Origin: Candidatus Nanohaloarchaea archaeon
Lineage (GTDB): Archaea; Nanohalarchaeota; Nanosalinia; Nanosalinales; Nanosalinaceae
DNA length: 64,000 nucleotides
Assembly (NCBI GenBank): GCA_013343275.1
Contig: CP046106.1
Span: 851,887-915,886, forward strand
Direction of reading: 5' to 3'
Shown here: piece after piece, positions 31,330 to 40,281 of the stretch
Layout of the letters: each line of letters begins with the position of its first letter
How positions within the stretch are numbered: the stretch's first letter is position 1
Program-made: the position numbers and the translations under genes
Notes under the pieces: generated by a model
The model's input: only the letters and a program-made list of their open reading frames with translations
Databases searched by the model: none
Told to the model about the DNA's origin: nothing

Positions 31330-32349
31330 TCAAAGCAAAAGGGAGAAAGTACTGCGAATAAGTTCTTCTAGAAAACCTGTTTCTACCTTGCTTCTGTTTA
31401 CTCTATCTGGCGCCCAGTAAGAAGGCTCTTCTTCCTTGATTTCCTGGCTTTCCAGAGAAAAAGCTTTCTTGCTGCCATGCTCTATATCGGAGACGCTTTC
31501 CATATCCCTGCTCCATAACTCGTGGCCGGTCCTGTTAACAGCAAATACCTGATCTTCATCGGCTATAACCGTATTGTTGTTAGGAAGCCTGTGTACGGCC
31601 TTACCCGATTCAAGCCCGGTGAAAGTCCAGGCCTCTGTCAGGTTTCCGTCTGTAACTCTGTATTCAGCAACTCTTCTCTCCTGAGCGACTAGTATACTTA
31701 TTCTGGCGCCTGTATCTATTATCTGGATATCTCTTGGACCTGTTACATTGAAGCTTTGCTGCGAACCCGACTCTCTGATAATTATCTGATCCGGGTTGCT
31801 GGTGGACAGGACAGTAAAGTTATCTCTTATCTCCAGATCGGTTACCTCGGAACTGTTAGGTAGATCTAAGTCCTGCAGGGTTTCTGAAGTATTATCTATA
31901 GTGTGTATCCCTGTGCTGTTTGCAAAGACATAACGGCCTCTATGCTTCTCTACATCGGTTATAGAGGTTTTGATACTGAAATTCCTGGAAAGGTTGTCGT
32001 TATTCCTGTTCCTGATAACTAGTTGAGACTCCACGCCGTTCTTGGTTAGATCACGATGTACAAAGGCGAGATAAGTCTGATTCAAGGCCTCAATATCCAA
32101 GTACTGTCCCTTATCCTCCAGCTTTCTGATTGTGGTTCCGTTAAATTTCTCGGCTTCAACTAATGCGCCCGACTGGGAAAGTGCAGATCCCAGAACTGTC
32201 TCTCCTCCGGAAGAGGCCAGGAAAAGGGTTTCGTTGTAGCTGAAGTTCCTGTTGGAGTTATCTTCAGAGGCCTCTGTGTTTATGCTGTCTGCGGCGATAG
32301 GTGATGCTGCAGCCAGTACGGCCAGTATCAGAAGTATACGGTATTTCAT
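31330..32349 (-). CDS. secreted beta-propeller-like glycoprotein (arylsulfotransferase-like)
   Basis: Signal peptide, many N-x-S/T sequons, HRLPNNNTVIAD repeat motif. Confidence 0.6.
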   Translation of the reverse strand: MKYRILLILAVLAAASPIAADSINTEASEDNSNRNFSYNETLFLASSGGETVLGSALSQSGALVEAEKFNGTTIRKLEDKGQYLDIEALNQTYLAFVHRDLTKNGVESQLVIRNRNNDNLSRNFSIKTSITDVEKHRGRYVFANSTGIHTIDNTSETLQDLDLPNSSEVTDLEIRDNFTVLSTSNPDQIIIRESGSQQSFNVTGPRDIQIIDTGARISILVAQERRVAEYRVTDGNLTEAWTFTGLESGKAVHRLPNNNTVIADEDQVFAVNRTGHELWSRDMESVSDIEHGSKKAFSLESQEIKEEEPSYWAPDRVNRSKVETGFLEELIRSTFSLLL

Positions 32350-32369
32350 GTGTTAATCAACCGTGTTAG

Positions 32370-32444
32370 GGCGGAGGGCGGGATTCGAACCCGCGTCCCG
32401 ACCGCCACAAGGTCGGAGTATAGACCAGCTAACCTACCTCCACC
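32370..32444 (-). tRNA. tRNA-His(GTG)
   Basis: Anticodon GTG, genomically encoded G-1 and C73. Confidence 0.92.
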
Positions 32445-32561
32445 ATTCTAGTAAACAGAGTTTAAACTAGGAAACTTTTTAACTATCCCCGAATTTTCTA
32501 GAAAAGCAGTAGAAAACCCGTTACTGAGGCTGCTGCAAGGCCTAGGATATTAGTATCATTG

Positions 32562-32636
32562 GTTGATCAGTGGGTGTTTTCGTCATCATCCCTTTATTCA
32601 AGGATCAGACGATGTCGAAAGAGTTCTCATCATCTC
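32562..32636 (-). ncRNA. C/D box methylation guide sRNA
   Basis: Box C ATGATGA, D' CTGA, C' ATGATGA, D CTGA; both guides complementary to the 23S rRNA in this window. Confidence 0.75.
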
Positions 32637-32708
32637 AAAAAAGAACTACTCGACATAAGGAGTTGGGCCTGTCAAAGTTAAAAAGAGAAAGGAAGAGATG
32701 TGGAGGAT

Positions 32709-33344
32709 TTATGGTCTCCTCTGTGGAGGCCCCTGGTTTCCTTGAGGAGTGGTGTTAGTTGGGGGCTGCTGTGCCTGGTTGCCTGCCTGTGTACTCTTCC
32801 TATCAACTTCTATGTCCTTCCCTACTACTCCGGATTCCGATATTACTGGTTTCAGGATGTAGCCCTGGTTGTTCTGCTGGTTACCTCTGAGAACTACCTG
32901 TATGTCGAATACGAAGCTGGTGGTCTCGTTAGGCCTTACTGTGAATGGCTTGGTTATCATCAGCTTCCCTGGTGGAACCTTGACCTCGACGCTTGACCCG
33001 TTTACTGATGCGTTAACTGTCTCTGTGTAAAGCTCTATCTTCGAGTAGTTCCCGGCCTCCAGAGTAGTGTTGACCAGCGACTCGGCTGACTCGTTCTGGA
33101 GCTGCGTTAAGTCTACCATCGAAGTGTTCTCCAGCGAGATCTGTTTGACTTCGACAGTACTGTTGTTGGATACGAATATCCGTGCATGTGAGAATCCTAC
33201 GTTAAGGTAGTCAAACTTGTCTATATCGGCCGGTCTGTCTGATACGAGAAGTTCAAACTGGCCTGTATTGGATTGTGTGGTTGATGTGCAGCCTGAAACA
33301 GTTATTACTGCTGCAAGTAGTGCGAGAGCATGTATTCTTTTCAT
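32709..33344 (-). CDS. DUF4382-domain lipoprotein
   Basis: Lipobox VSGC; LLVSDRPAD, VDLTQL, VPPGKL, FVFD, YILKPV. Confidence 0.8.
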   Translation of the reverse strand: MKRIHALALLAAVITVSGCTSTTQSNTGQFELLVSDRPADIDKFDYLNVGFSHARIFVSNNSTVEVKQISLENTSMVDLTQLQNESAESLVNTTLEAGNYSKIELYTETVNASVNGSSVEVKVPPGKLMITKPFTVRPNETTSFVFDIQVVLRGNQQNNQGYILKPVISESGVVGKDIEVDRKSTQAGNQAQQPPTNTTPQGNQGPPQRRP

Positions 33345-33438
33345 ATGTACTTTGTTTGGGTCTTTCAGGTTTAACCTTTTCGCTTCTCAGGTTTTCAGCC
33401 GTATACAATTTTAAGTCCTGAGTGTAAATGTGGAAGTA

Positions 33439-34077
33439 ATGAGCAAAACCAAAGGTAAGCTTCTGGTTCTTGCAGCAGTTCTTATGATGGTTGCTGCAGT
33501 TCCAGCAGTTGCACAGAACACGACAGACGATCCTGATCAGGTCCAGAATGACTCCGACTCCGAGTTTGAATCTCCAGAGAACGAGACCGAAGACGAAGAG
33601 AATGAGACAGAGGATTCTGAATCAGAAAACGAGACGGAGGAAGACTCCTCATTTGGTGAGGACAGCAGTTCCTCTCAGAACGAATCTAGTTCAGAAAGCT
33701 TGGAAGATATAGAAACGATGGAGGAAGCAAAAGAGAGAATCCTAGAGCTTAGAGAACAGATTCGAGAACTGAAGAAGGAGATCAGGGAACTCGAATCCGA
33801 GGATTCCGAGAAACCTGAACTTCCTGAAGAAGCCTCTGAAACAGCCGAAGAAGCAAGCAACTCTGCTGATGACTTTAACAGGTCAGAAAGTGAGACTGAA
33901 GTAACTCGAAACGGCACAGAGGTAGAGATCGAAAGAGAGACCGAAGGCAACCAGACCAAAACAGAGGTCGAAGTAGAAAGAAACGGCACAGAGACAGAAG
34001 TAGAGACCAGAGGACCTGCCAGCAACTCCAAGAGACCAGGATTCGTCTCCAACATTATATCCAGCATCTTTGGATAG
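33439..34077 (+). CDS. secreted acidic low-complexity glycoprotein
   Basis: Signal peptide AVA|Q, ENETE and TEVERNGT repeats. Confidence 0.75.
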   Translation: MSKTKGKLLVLAAVLMMVAAVPAVAQNTTDDPDQVQNDSDSEFESPENETEDEENETEDSESENETEEDSSFGEDSSSSQNESSSESLEDIETMEEAKERILELREQIRELKKEIRELESEDSEKPELPEEASETAEEASNSADDFNRSESETEVTRNGTEVEIERETEGNQTKTEVEVERNGTETEVETRGPASNSKRPGFVSNIISSIFG

Positions 34078-34222
34078 AAAAACCTTAAATTTACTTTCTC
34101 TTTTTTATTTTTAGGAATCTTAAAGCTATTTCCTGTGTATAGAATTTCTTAAATTCATCTTACGTTGCCGAGTGTTGGCAACATCCAGAACATATTTATT
34201 AGTTACTTTATAGTAACAACTT

Positions 34223-35176
34223 ATGAGTAGCCGGTCTGATCTGACTACAACCTGGCAAGATCATGTTCGTTACTTAGAAAACGAAGATGGAGAAACCTTC
34301 GAGAGCGCTGCATCAGGTACCGAATACGAGAGCAGCCAGCTTGTAGACCGGCTGAAAAGCGAAGTTGACATGATGGTGGATGGAGAGAATCCATCCGCAA
34401 ACGGAAATACTAGACCTGTGCCACGTATAGCAGATTCAGAAGGCAATTATGTGCTTAGAGATGTGGTAGATCAGGAATGGTACGATTTAATAGCAGGCGA
34501 TGGCTACGAGGATGCTGAGCAGTTTGTACCCTTTGAATCCACTCATGGTGATACATTTGTACAGTATTCTCCCGAGGAAAGCAGTCCTTCGCCCCATCAA
34601 GGATGGAAAGTCCGGGTAGCCTCCTATGCTGACGAAGCTAGAGATGTCGCAGAAGCCGTCTTACCTTATCTGCAGGAACACGATATAAGCCACAAAGTTA
34701 TGCAGGACGTTCAAATCTTCAATAATAATGAAGGCACACGACAGGAAGGCAAGTTCATAACTATATACCCGGAGATAGACGAGGACAGACAGGACGTTGT
34801 AATGGAGAACGGGATGCAGTTATTCAAAAGAGAAGATCCCGGCTGGAATTCTTTCTCTATAAACTCCAATACCAAAAACGCCCGACAGATCGTCGAGGAT
34901 CTGGAAGATGAGTTAGAAGGATCTGTCGCTGGACTGGAAGGCCGTACTATAGATGGCAAAAATGGCGAAGAGAAACAGTACGGCAATACCAGGATCCATT
35001 TCCGTTACGCACATCACTTCAACACTCCCGCCGTAATTATCGATGAATCCGGAGGATTAGAGCAGGTCGGGGATCACGAAGGCCTCGTCAATAAAGATGG
35101 AGAACTTGTGGAAGGTAGCTACATAGGAGATCAGGTAGACGAAGCTACAAGGCCTGACAGGTTCCTAGAATTATAG
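34223..35176 (+). CDS. stand-alone class III lanthipeptide synthetase N-terminal (lyase/OspF-like) domain protein
   Basis: HQGWKVRVAS...VLPYL...HKV...QEGKFITIYP...IHFRY motifs. Confidence 0.65.
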   Translation: MSSRSDLTTTWQDHVRYLENEDGETFESAASGTEYESSQLVDRLKSEVDMMVDGENPSANGNTRPVPRIADSEGNYVLRDVVDQEWYDLIAGDGYEDAEQFVPFESTHGDTFVQYSPEESSPSPHQGWKVRVASYADEARDVAEAVLPYLQEHDISHKVMQDVQIFNNNEGTRQEGKFITIYPEIDEDRQDVVMENGMQLFKREDPGWNSFSINSNTKNARQIVEDLEDELEGSVAGLEGRTIDGKNGEEKQYGNTRIHFRYAHHFNTPAVIIDESGGLEQVGDHEGLVNKDGELVEGSYIGDQVDEATRPDRFLEL

Positions 35177-35296
35177 TGCGAGGGCGAAGCCGTCTTGTAT
35201 CTTTCTTCGGAACACGAAACCCTCTTGTCTGAAATAAGAAGAAATAATAGTTATTGTAGGGGGCAGGAAGGCAATATGTCCTGTAATTTATTTATA

Positions 35297-36802
35297 TCAA
35301 GTGTAGTTTTCCATTAGTTTCCTTGCGTTTTCAAGATCATTAAGTGCCTGATTAACTTCATTATATGCTTTTTCAGTCTCTGTTATTAAGGATTTTATAC
35401 TTTCAACCTGTTTTTTCTGTGATAGCATTTGAGCTTCCTGTTCCTCGTCACTATGAAATCTTTGCAACATACTTGATATGTCATTAAGGCCTTTTTCGAG
35501 ATCTTCTATTATTTCCAAGTATTTCTGGCTTTTCTCTACTATGTGAGACTCATAATTTATGTCTCCCACATAAGCTAATTGATACATATTCTTTGCCTCC
35601 TTTTGATCTTCTTCAAGCATTTCGTAGTCTTCACGCAATCTTTTCTCATCAGATTTCAAATTTTCAATCATGCTCTTTAGATCGCGGTGTAAAGCCTGTA
35701 ATTCAGGAGATTTATCCGCAATTTTCTCCAAAGAAGATATCAAGTCTTCAATATTTCGTATATGCTGATTGAAGGATACTTCTTTTGAATCTGGGAACTT
35801 GCTGCTGCTAAATATCCCTAATATGACAAGAGCGTGTGTTATATACTGATTTGTTTTTTCTCTATCTCTATTAAACCTCTTTATCTTTTTATCCAAGTTG
35901 CCATCGATAAAATCCTTTACTGCTGATGTATTCTCGCCTGAGGCTGCTTTTTTAATCATTTCGGATGCCGTTTCTCTAATTTTTCGCTTCCTTTGTTTAA
36001 GATCCATCTCTTCAGTCATTTTAAGAAAGGATTTCGAGCAGTTCTCAATTACGCTGACCGGTGCATTAAATTCACTTCTATAGTAAGAACCGTCTGGCGT
36101 TTGCTCTGAATGAAGACTTGCTATAGAAAAGGCTGCTGCCTCGTCTACTGAAACAAGATAAGGTTTCTGATCCTGTAAAGTTTTGAGATTATATCCAGAA
36201 TCTGATATAGTGGAGTTTATGTAGAAATGCGTTAATTCGTGAGATACTGTACCAAAGTAATCCTTATCATCACCTGTTTTCTTGTTGGAAAAAAGAGGTG
36301 AGACGAATCTTTTGAGTTCGTTAGGTATTTCAGGCAGATAATCTTTAGGAACTCTGTTGAATACAATCTCTGATTTATTAGAGTCGTATTCTTTTGGGAA
36401 ACAGTGATAGGCGAGAAAGGTAGAGTCTACTAATGGAAAGTCCTCAGTCTCTTCCGCATTACTGATTCTGTTTAGCATTTCCCGTATGTTAGCTGCATTT
36501 CTATCCTCAATCTGCTCTAATTCTCTTATTTCGCTTTTATTGTTTCTCAAAGCAAATATGAGGGCACTTAAACAGTAAGACCGAGAAGTTACATTGGCTG
36601 TTTTAAGTCGTGGAATAAATACTGAACTAACCAAATCAGAATTGTTAAGGTCAATATGATCTACTTCCGATAAGTCATTTGATATTATTTCCAAAATTTC
36701 CTCTTCGGATTCAATTAGGAACTCTGATATCCTGTTGAAATTATTCAGAAAAGCTCTTGTAAAATTCTCATCTTCTACAGAACTTGTTATTTTGGGCGAC
36801 AT
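35297..36802 (-). CDS. putative gluzincin metalloprotease with C-terminal coiled coil
   Basis: VSHELTHF (HExxH) plus downstream DEAAA; atypical codon usage. Confidence 0.6.
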   Translation of the reverse strand: MSPKITSSVEDENFTRAFLNNFNRISEFLIESEEEILEIISNDLSEVDHIDLNNSDLVSSVFIPRLKTANVTSRSYCLSALIFALRNNKSEIRELEQIEDRNAANIREMLNRISNAEETEDFPLVDSTFLAYHCFPKEYDSNKSEIVFNRVPKDYLPEIPNELKRFVSPLFSNKKTGDDKDYFGTVSHELTHFYINSTISDSGYNLKTLQDQKPYLVSVDEAAAFSIASLHSEQTPDGSYYRSEFNAPVSVIENCSKSFLKMTEEMDLKQRKRKIRETASEMIKKAASGENTSAVKDFIDGNLDKKIKRFNRDREKTNQYITHALVILGIFSSSKFPDSKEVSFNQHIRNIEDLISSLEKIADKSPELQALHRDLKSMIENLKSDEKRLREDYEMLEEDQKEAKNMYQLAYVGDINYESHIVEKSQKYLEIIEDLEKGLNDISSMLQRFHSDEEQEAQMLSQKKQVESIKSLITETEKAYNEVNQALNDLENARKLMENYT

Positions 36803-36815
36803 ACAATAAATTCAG

Positions 36816-37007
36816 CTATTTATACACATAAGGATTTTCTCTATCCATTATAGCGTGACTTTCTCTCAAGTCTTCTATGTTTAGGTGTCCATATGTGTCT
36901 GCTTTTTGTTGTGGAGATTTAACTCTCGTTCTTTTATCGTGTATGTCATCTGACAATTCGGCATAGTCCTGGACCTTCCTTATAAACCATTCGTGAACGA
37001 AGAAGAG
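36816..37007 (-). pseudogene. possible tyrosine integrase C-terminal remnant
   Basis: Startless open stretch containing TYGHLNIEDLRESH, adjacent to att site. Confidence 0.4.
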
Positions 37008-37014
37008 TCAATAG

Positions 37015-37097
37015 TGCGAGGGCGAGGATTCGAACCCCGGAACCTCTACAGGACAGCGCCCTCAACGCTGCGCCTTTGACCACTTGGCTACCCTCGC
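37015..37097 (-). tRNA. tRNA-Leu(GAG)
   Basis: CAGCG-TTGAGGG-CGCTG, long variable arm. Confidence 0.94.
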
Positions 37098-37173
37098 AGT
37101 AGGTAGTATACTAGTTTTCTGTAGGCCTATTTTTTTAACTGATCGGGCGATAGTGTCTCTTCTGCATTTTTCA

Positions 37174-37890
37174 TCATCTTTCAAGGAAACAGGCCTTCCT
37201 ATCCCTACGACCTTCTTCACGGGCAAGTCTGTCAGAAGCTTCGGTTAGACTGGAACGATAATTTTCCAGAAACTCTGTAGAGGTTAACTCCTCGGCATTG
37301 AACTCGTCCATAACGGTCTGGTAGAAATCCTGGCCTCCGAGTACTTCGGAGGATTTCTCCATAGCTTCCCTATGTTCTTCAACTTCTCTTGCTGAGAAAC
37401 CGTCCTTGTACATTAAATCGTAGATATCGGGTTCTTCCTCCGCCCAGTAGGCTCGCAGAACTGCCGAATCTTCCTCGAATTTCTGGGATACTCCTACAAG
37501 TTGATCGCCTCCAAGATAGAGGTCTCGGGCGCCTCTCTGAAAGCACTCTTCAACTCTGTCGTCGATGAAGTCGTGAAGCTGTTGAGTGTAGGTATCAGCT
37601 CTTTTAGTGTCGCCGGGTTGTAGCGGGAGGCCAAAGGTTAAAGCATACTTTGATTCGTCAGAGAAAACGGTGTGGCCCCCATCAGGCCTTCTGAAAGCTT
37701 CTTCTCCGGGTTCAAGGTCTCCGAACCTCTCGTACCTACCTCTCATTGCATGGCCTTCTTCCTGGTGGTCAAGCCCGACAAGAGCAGGGTTATCGCTGCC
37801 TAACTCCTGTGTCAGCTCCACTAGATCCGGTATATGTGCTGGCTCCTCTACTTCTATACTGTATGCCTCTGTCTCTGCCGGAGTATTCAT
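37174..37890 (-). CDS. divergent lipoate-ligase-like protein
   Basis: RRPDGGHTVF, RDLYLGGDQLVGVSQ (catalytic Lys replaced by Q). Confidence 0.6.
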   Translation of the reverse strand: MNTPAETEAYSIEVEEPAHIPDLVELTQELGSDNPALVGLDHQEEGHAMRGRYERFGDLEPGEEAFRRPDGGHTVFSDESKYALTFGLPLQPGDTKRADTYTQQLHDFIDDRVEECFQRGARDLYLGGDQLVGVSQKFEEDSAVLRAYWAEEEPDIYDLMYKDGFSAREVEEHREAMEKSSEVLGGQDFYQTVMDEFNAEELTSTEFLENYRSSLTEASDRLAREEGRRDRKACFLER

Positions 37891-38627
37891 CTATATAACC
37901 AGTCTCTACTTGAATATTTATCAGCTAACTCTTCCGCTCTCTCAACTTCTGACGGTTTCAGATCGTCTTCGTAAATCTCTCTAATCTCTGTCAAGCCTTT
38001 TTTCAAGGCCTCTATAGCTTCTTCGAAGCTTGCATCTGTTTCCTGTTCTACCGAGGTGACTCTTTCCCGGAACTCCTTGATCTGCTTGTCCTTCAACTTG
38101 TCTTCGTCAGGTGTTAGAAGAGAGAACATTTCCTCTGCGTCAACACTGTACAGAAGGGTCCCTCCTATATAGACGACGCCATCCTCTCTTTTCATTGTGG
38201 CTCCCGAGATCTTTCCCCTATCCGTTACTATATCGTTTACAGGCTGGTGCTCCGCATCTATACCTATAGATGCCAGGCCTCGGGCTATACTGCTGCATAC
38301 CTGTTGGTAGACTTTGTTTACATCTTCAGGGAACTTTTCTTCCGGTGCTATCAGGCCCCAGGTTATCTCTCCATCCTCTGTCAGATAGGTTGCACCTCCG
38401 CCGCCCTGACGCCTGACAAGGACAACGTCATCTCTTCTTTCGAATTCCTCCTGGTTTACTTCCTCTTCGAAACTTTGACTGTAGCCTAGGTTTACTGCGT
38501 TAGGGCTCCAGCCTGAAAGAAATACTACTGGATCGCTGTCTTCTCTAACTGACTCCATCAAGGCCTTGTTCAGCCCTGTCTTGAAGTAAGGGCTGTAGTG
38601 CTGGAAAGGTATGTAACGCCATCTCAT
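37887..38627 (-). CDS. lplA: lipoate--protein ligase family protein
   Basis: VRRQGGGGATY, PVNDIV...KISG. Confidence 0.9.
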   Translation of the reverse strand: MRWRYIPFQHYSPYFKTGLNKALMESVREDSDPVVFLSGWSPNAVNLGYSQSFEEEVNQEEFERRDDVVLVRRQGGGGATYLTEDGEITWGLIAPEEKFPEDVNKVYQQVCSSIARGLASIGIDAEHQPVNDIVTDRGKISGATMKREDGVVYIGGTLLYSVDAEEMFSLLTPDEDKLKDKQIKEFRERVTSVEQETDASFEEAIEALKKGLTEIREIYEDDLKPSEVERAEELADKYSSRDWLYR

Positions 38628-38729
38628 TCTTGCTCCCTGTACAACAAAAAAGGATTTACTTGTTCATAAGTTCTGTCAAGAGAGGAGAAAGGCCTAGGTT
38701 ATTTATCTATTAAATAACAAGATTAAAGC

Positions 38730-39002
38730 ATGGATGAAGCCTCACATAAAGTCCCTGATGGAAAAATGGTGAATATAAAGCTGCAGACACATGAAGGAGT
38801 TTTAACTCATGTTGAACTAAGAGGAGACTTCTTCATCGAGCCGGCAGAGAAACTTTCTGAACTGGAAGATGCCCTGAACGGCCTTCCAATAGATGCAGAC
38901 AAACAGGATATAGTGGACAGTATCGAATCAGTAGATGTAGAGCTCATAGGTTTCTCAGCAGAAGATATCGCTGAAGCAATCAGGAAAGCGATGGGTGAAT
39001 GA
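38730..39002 (+). CDS. lipoate-protein ligase C-terminal subunit (LplB)
   Basis: KVPDGKMV...GDFFIEP..LEDAL. Confidence 0.85.
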   Translation: MDEASHKVPDGKMVNIKLQTHEGVLTHVELRGDFFIEPAEKLSELEDALNGLPIDADKQDIVDSIESVDVELIGFSAEDIAEAIRKAMGE

Positions 39003-39005
39003 AAG

Positions 39006-39755
39006 ATGGATAAATGGCATGTAATTAACGAAGGCGAGCACTCCGAGGCCATGCACCACGCAATTGATGAAGTTCTTACAGAAAAAATGAATAAAGGCGA
39101 AATAAGGCCTACACTACGCTTCTGGTATCGCAAGAACCCTAGTGTGCCGATAGGTAGATTCCAGGCCTACAGTGATGAAGTTGAACATGACTACGCTGAA
39201 GAAAAAGATATAGAGGTAGTGAGAAGGATAACTGGTGGCGGAGCAATGTTCTGCGAGCCAGGAAACGTCATAACTTACTCAATATACATTCCTAGAGGCC
39301 ATGTACCAGAAGATGTAGAGGAAAGCTACCAGGAGCTTGACCGATTTGCCGTAGACACGTTAAACCAGCTAGGAGTAGAAGCTGAGTACGCACCTCTGAA
39401 TGATATAGAGCACAGCGAAGGAAAGCTGGGAGGAGCAGCACAGCTCCGAAAAGACAACGCAGTTCTTCACCATACGACTATCAGCTATGACCTTGATATC
39501 CAGAAGATGCTTAAAGTGCTCAGAATAGGGAAGGAAAAAGTATCGGATAAAGCAATAAAGTCAGCTGAACAGAGAGTAACAAGAATGTCAGACCTTACGG
39601 ACAAGGATAGATCCGAAATAATAGATGAACTAATCCAGAACTTCACAAAAGGCAAAGAACATGAGCATAGAGGCCTTACTGATGAAGAAATGGATCTGGC
39701 GCGTGAAAAAGTCCGTGAAAAGTTCTCTACAGAAGACTGGAATCAGGGCCTCTAA
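39006..39755 (+). CDS. lplA: lipoate--protein ligase A catalytic subunit
   Basis: PTLRFW, VRRITGGGAMF, PLNDI..GKLGGAAQ, LHH. Confidence 0.92.
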   Translation: MDKWHVINEGEHSEAMHHAIDEVLTEKMNKGEIRPTLRFWYRKNPSVPIGRFQAYSDEVEHDYAEEKDIEVVRRITGGGAMFCEPGNVITYSIYIPRGHVPEDVEESYQELDRFAVDTLNQLGVEAEYAPLNDIEHSEGKLGGAAQLRKDNAVLHHTTISYDLDIQKMLKVLRIGKEKVSDKAIKSAEQRVTRMSDLTDKDRSEIIDELIQNFTKGKEHEHRGLTDEEMDLAREKVREKFSTEDWNQGL

Positions 39756-39807
39756 GTAGGTTCTCTGCAATTATTTTTAAGATTCGTCGCCGGATTTTGA
39801 TATCCGG

Positions 39808-40281
39808 ATGGCTGAAATAGTTGACAACTCTCTCGAGGAACTGGACCTAGTAAACGTAGATGTAGGAGAATACAGGGTAACCAACGATAAAACACTGACA
39901 GTCGATGGCCTCGGAACATGCATGGGTATAGCAGCATACGACCCGAAAACCCGTGAAAGCTATCTTCTACATGCTTCTACCTGGGAAAACGAAGATCTAG
40001 AGCGGCAGATAGAAGAATTTGTAGATGAGATATCTGAAATAGGTCGGCCTTATGAAGTACTGGCGGCAGGAACGATGGACTCAAAATACAATCCTTTAAC
40101 AGATGAGGAATTTGCTGAAGAGGCCAGATCTATAGCTGAGAATATACTGGAAGAGAGAGAAGTGCCTTTTGAAACAGCATGGAACAATGAACCGGTCTAC
40201 AACCGCCTGACAGTCTCTCCGGAATACGGTATTCTCTACGATAGGCCGGAAGAGTTCATAACTGACATAGAAACCGAGTAG
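39808..40281 (+). CDS. CheD-like deamidase fold protein
   Basis: VDVGEY...GLGTCMGIAAYDP...LLHA (Cys/His dyad). Confidence 0.65.
   Translation: MAEIVDNSLEELDLVNVDVGEYRVTNDKTLTVDGLGTCMGIAAYDPKTRESYLLHASTWENEDLERQIEEFVDEISEIGRPYEVLAAGTMDSKYNPLTDEEFAEEARSIAENILEEREVPFETAWNNEPVYNRLTVSPEYGILYDRPEEFITDIETE

Larger units (their letters stand above)
35173..37025. mobile_element. att-flanked AT-rich mini-island integrated at tRNA-Leu 3' end
   Basis: 15-bp direct repeat ATAGTGCGAGGGCGA at 35173-35187 and 37011-37025; visibly AT-rich interior. Confidence 0.7.

Noticed and set aside
34036-34077. PGF-CTERM archaeosortase signal
   Set aside because: PGF is not followed by a full TM helix and basic residues
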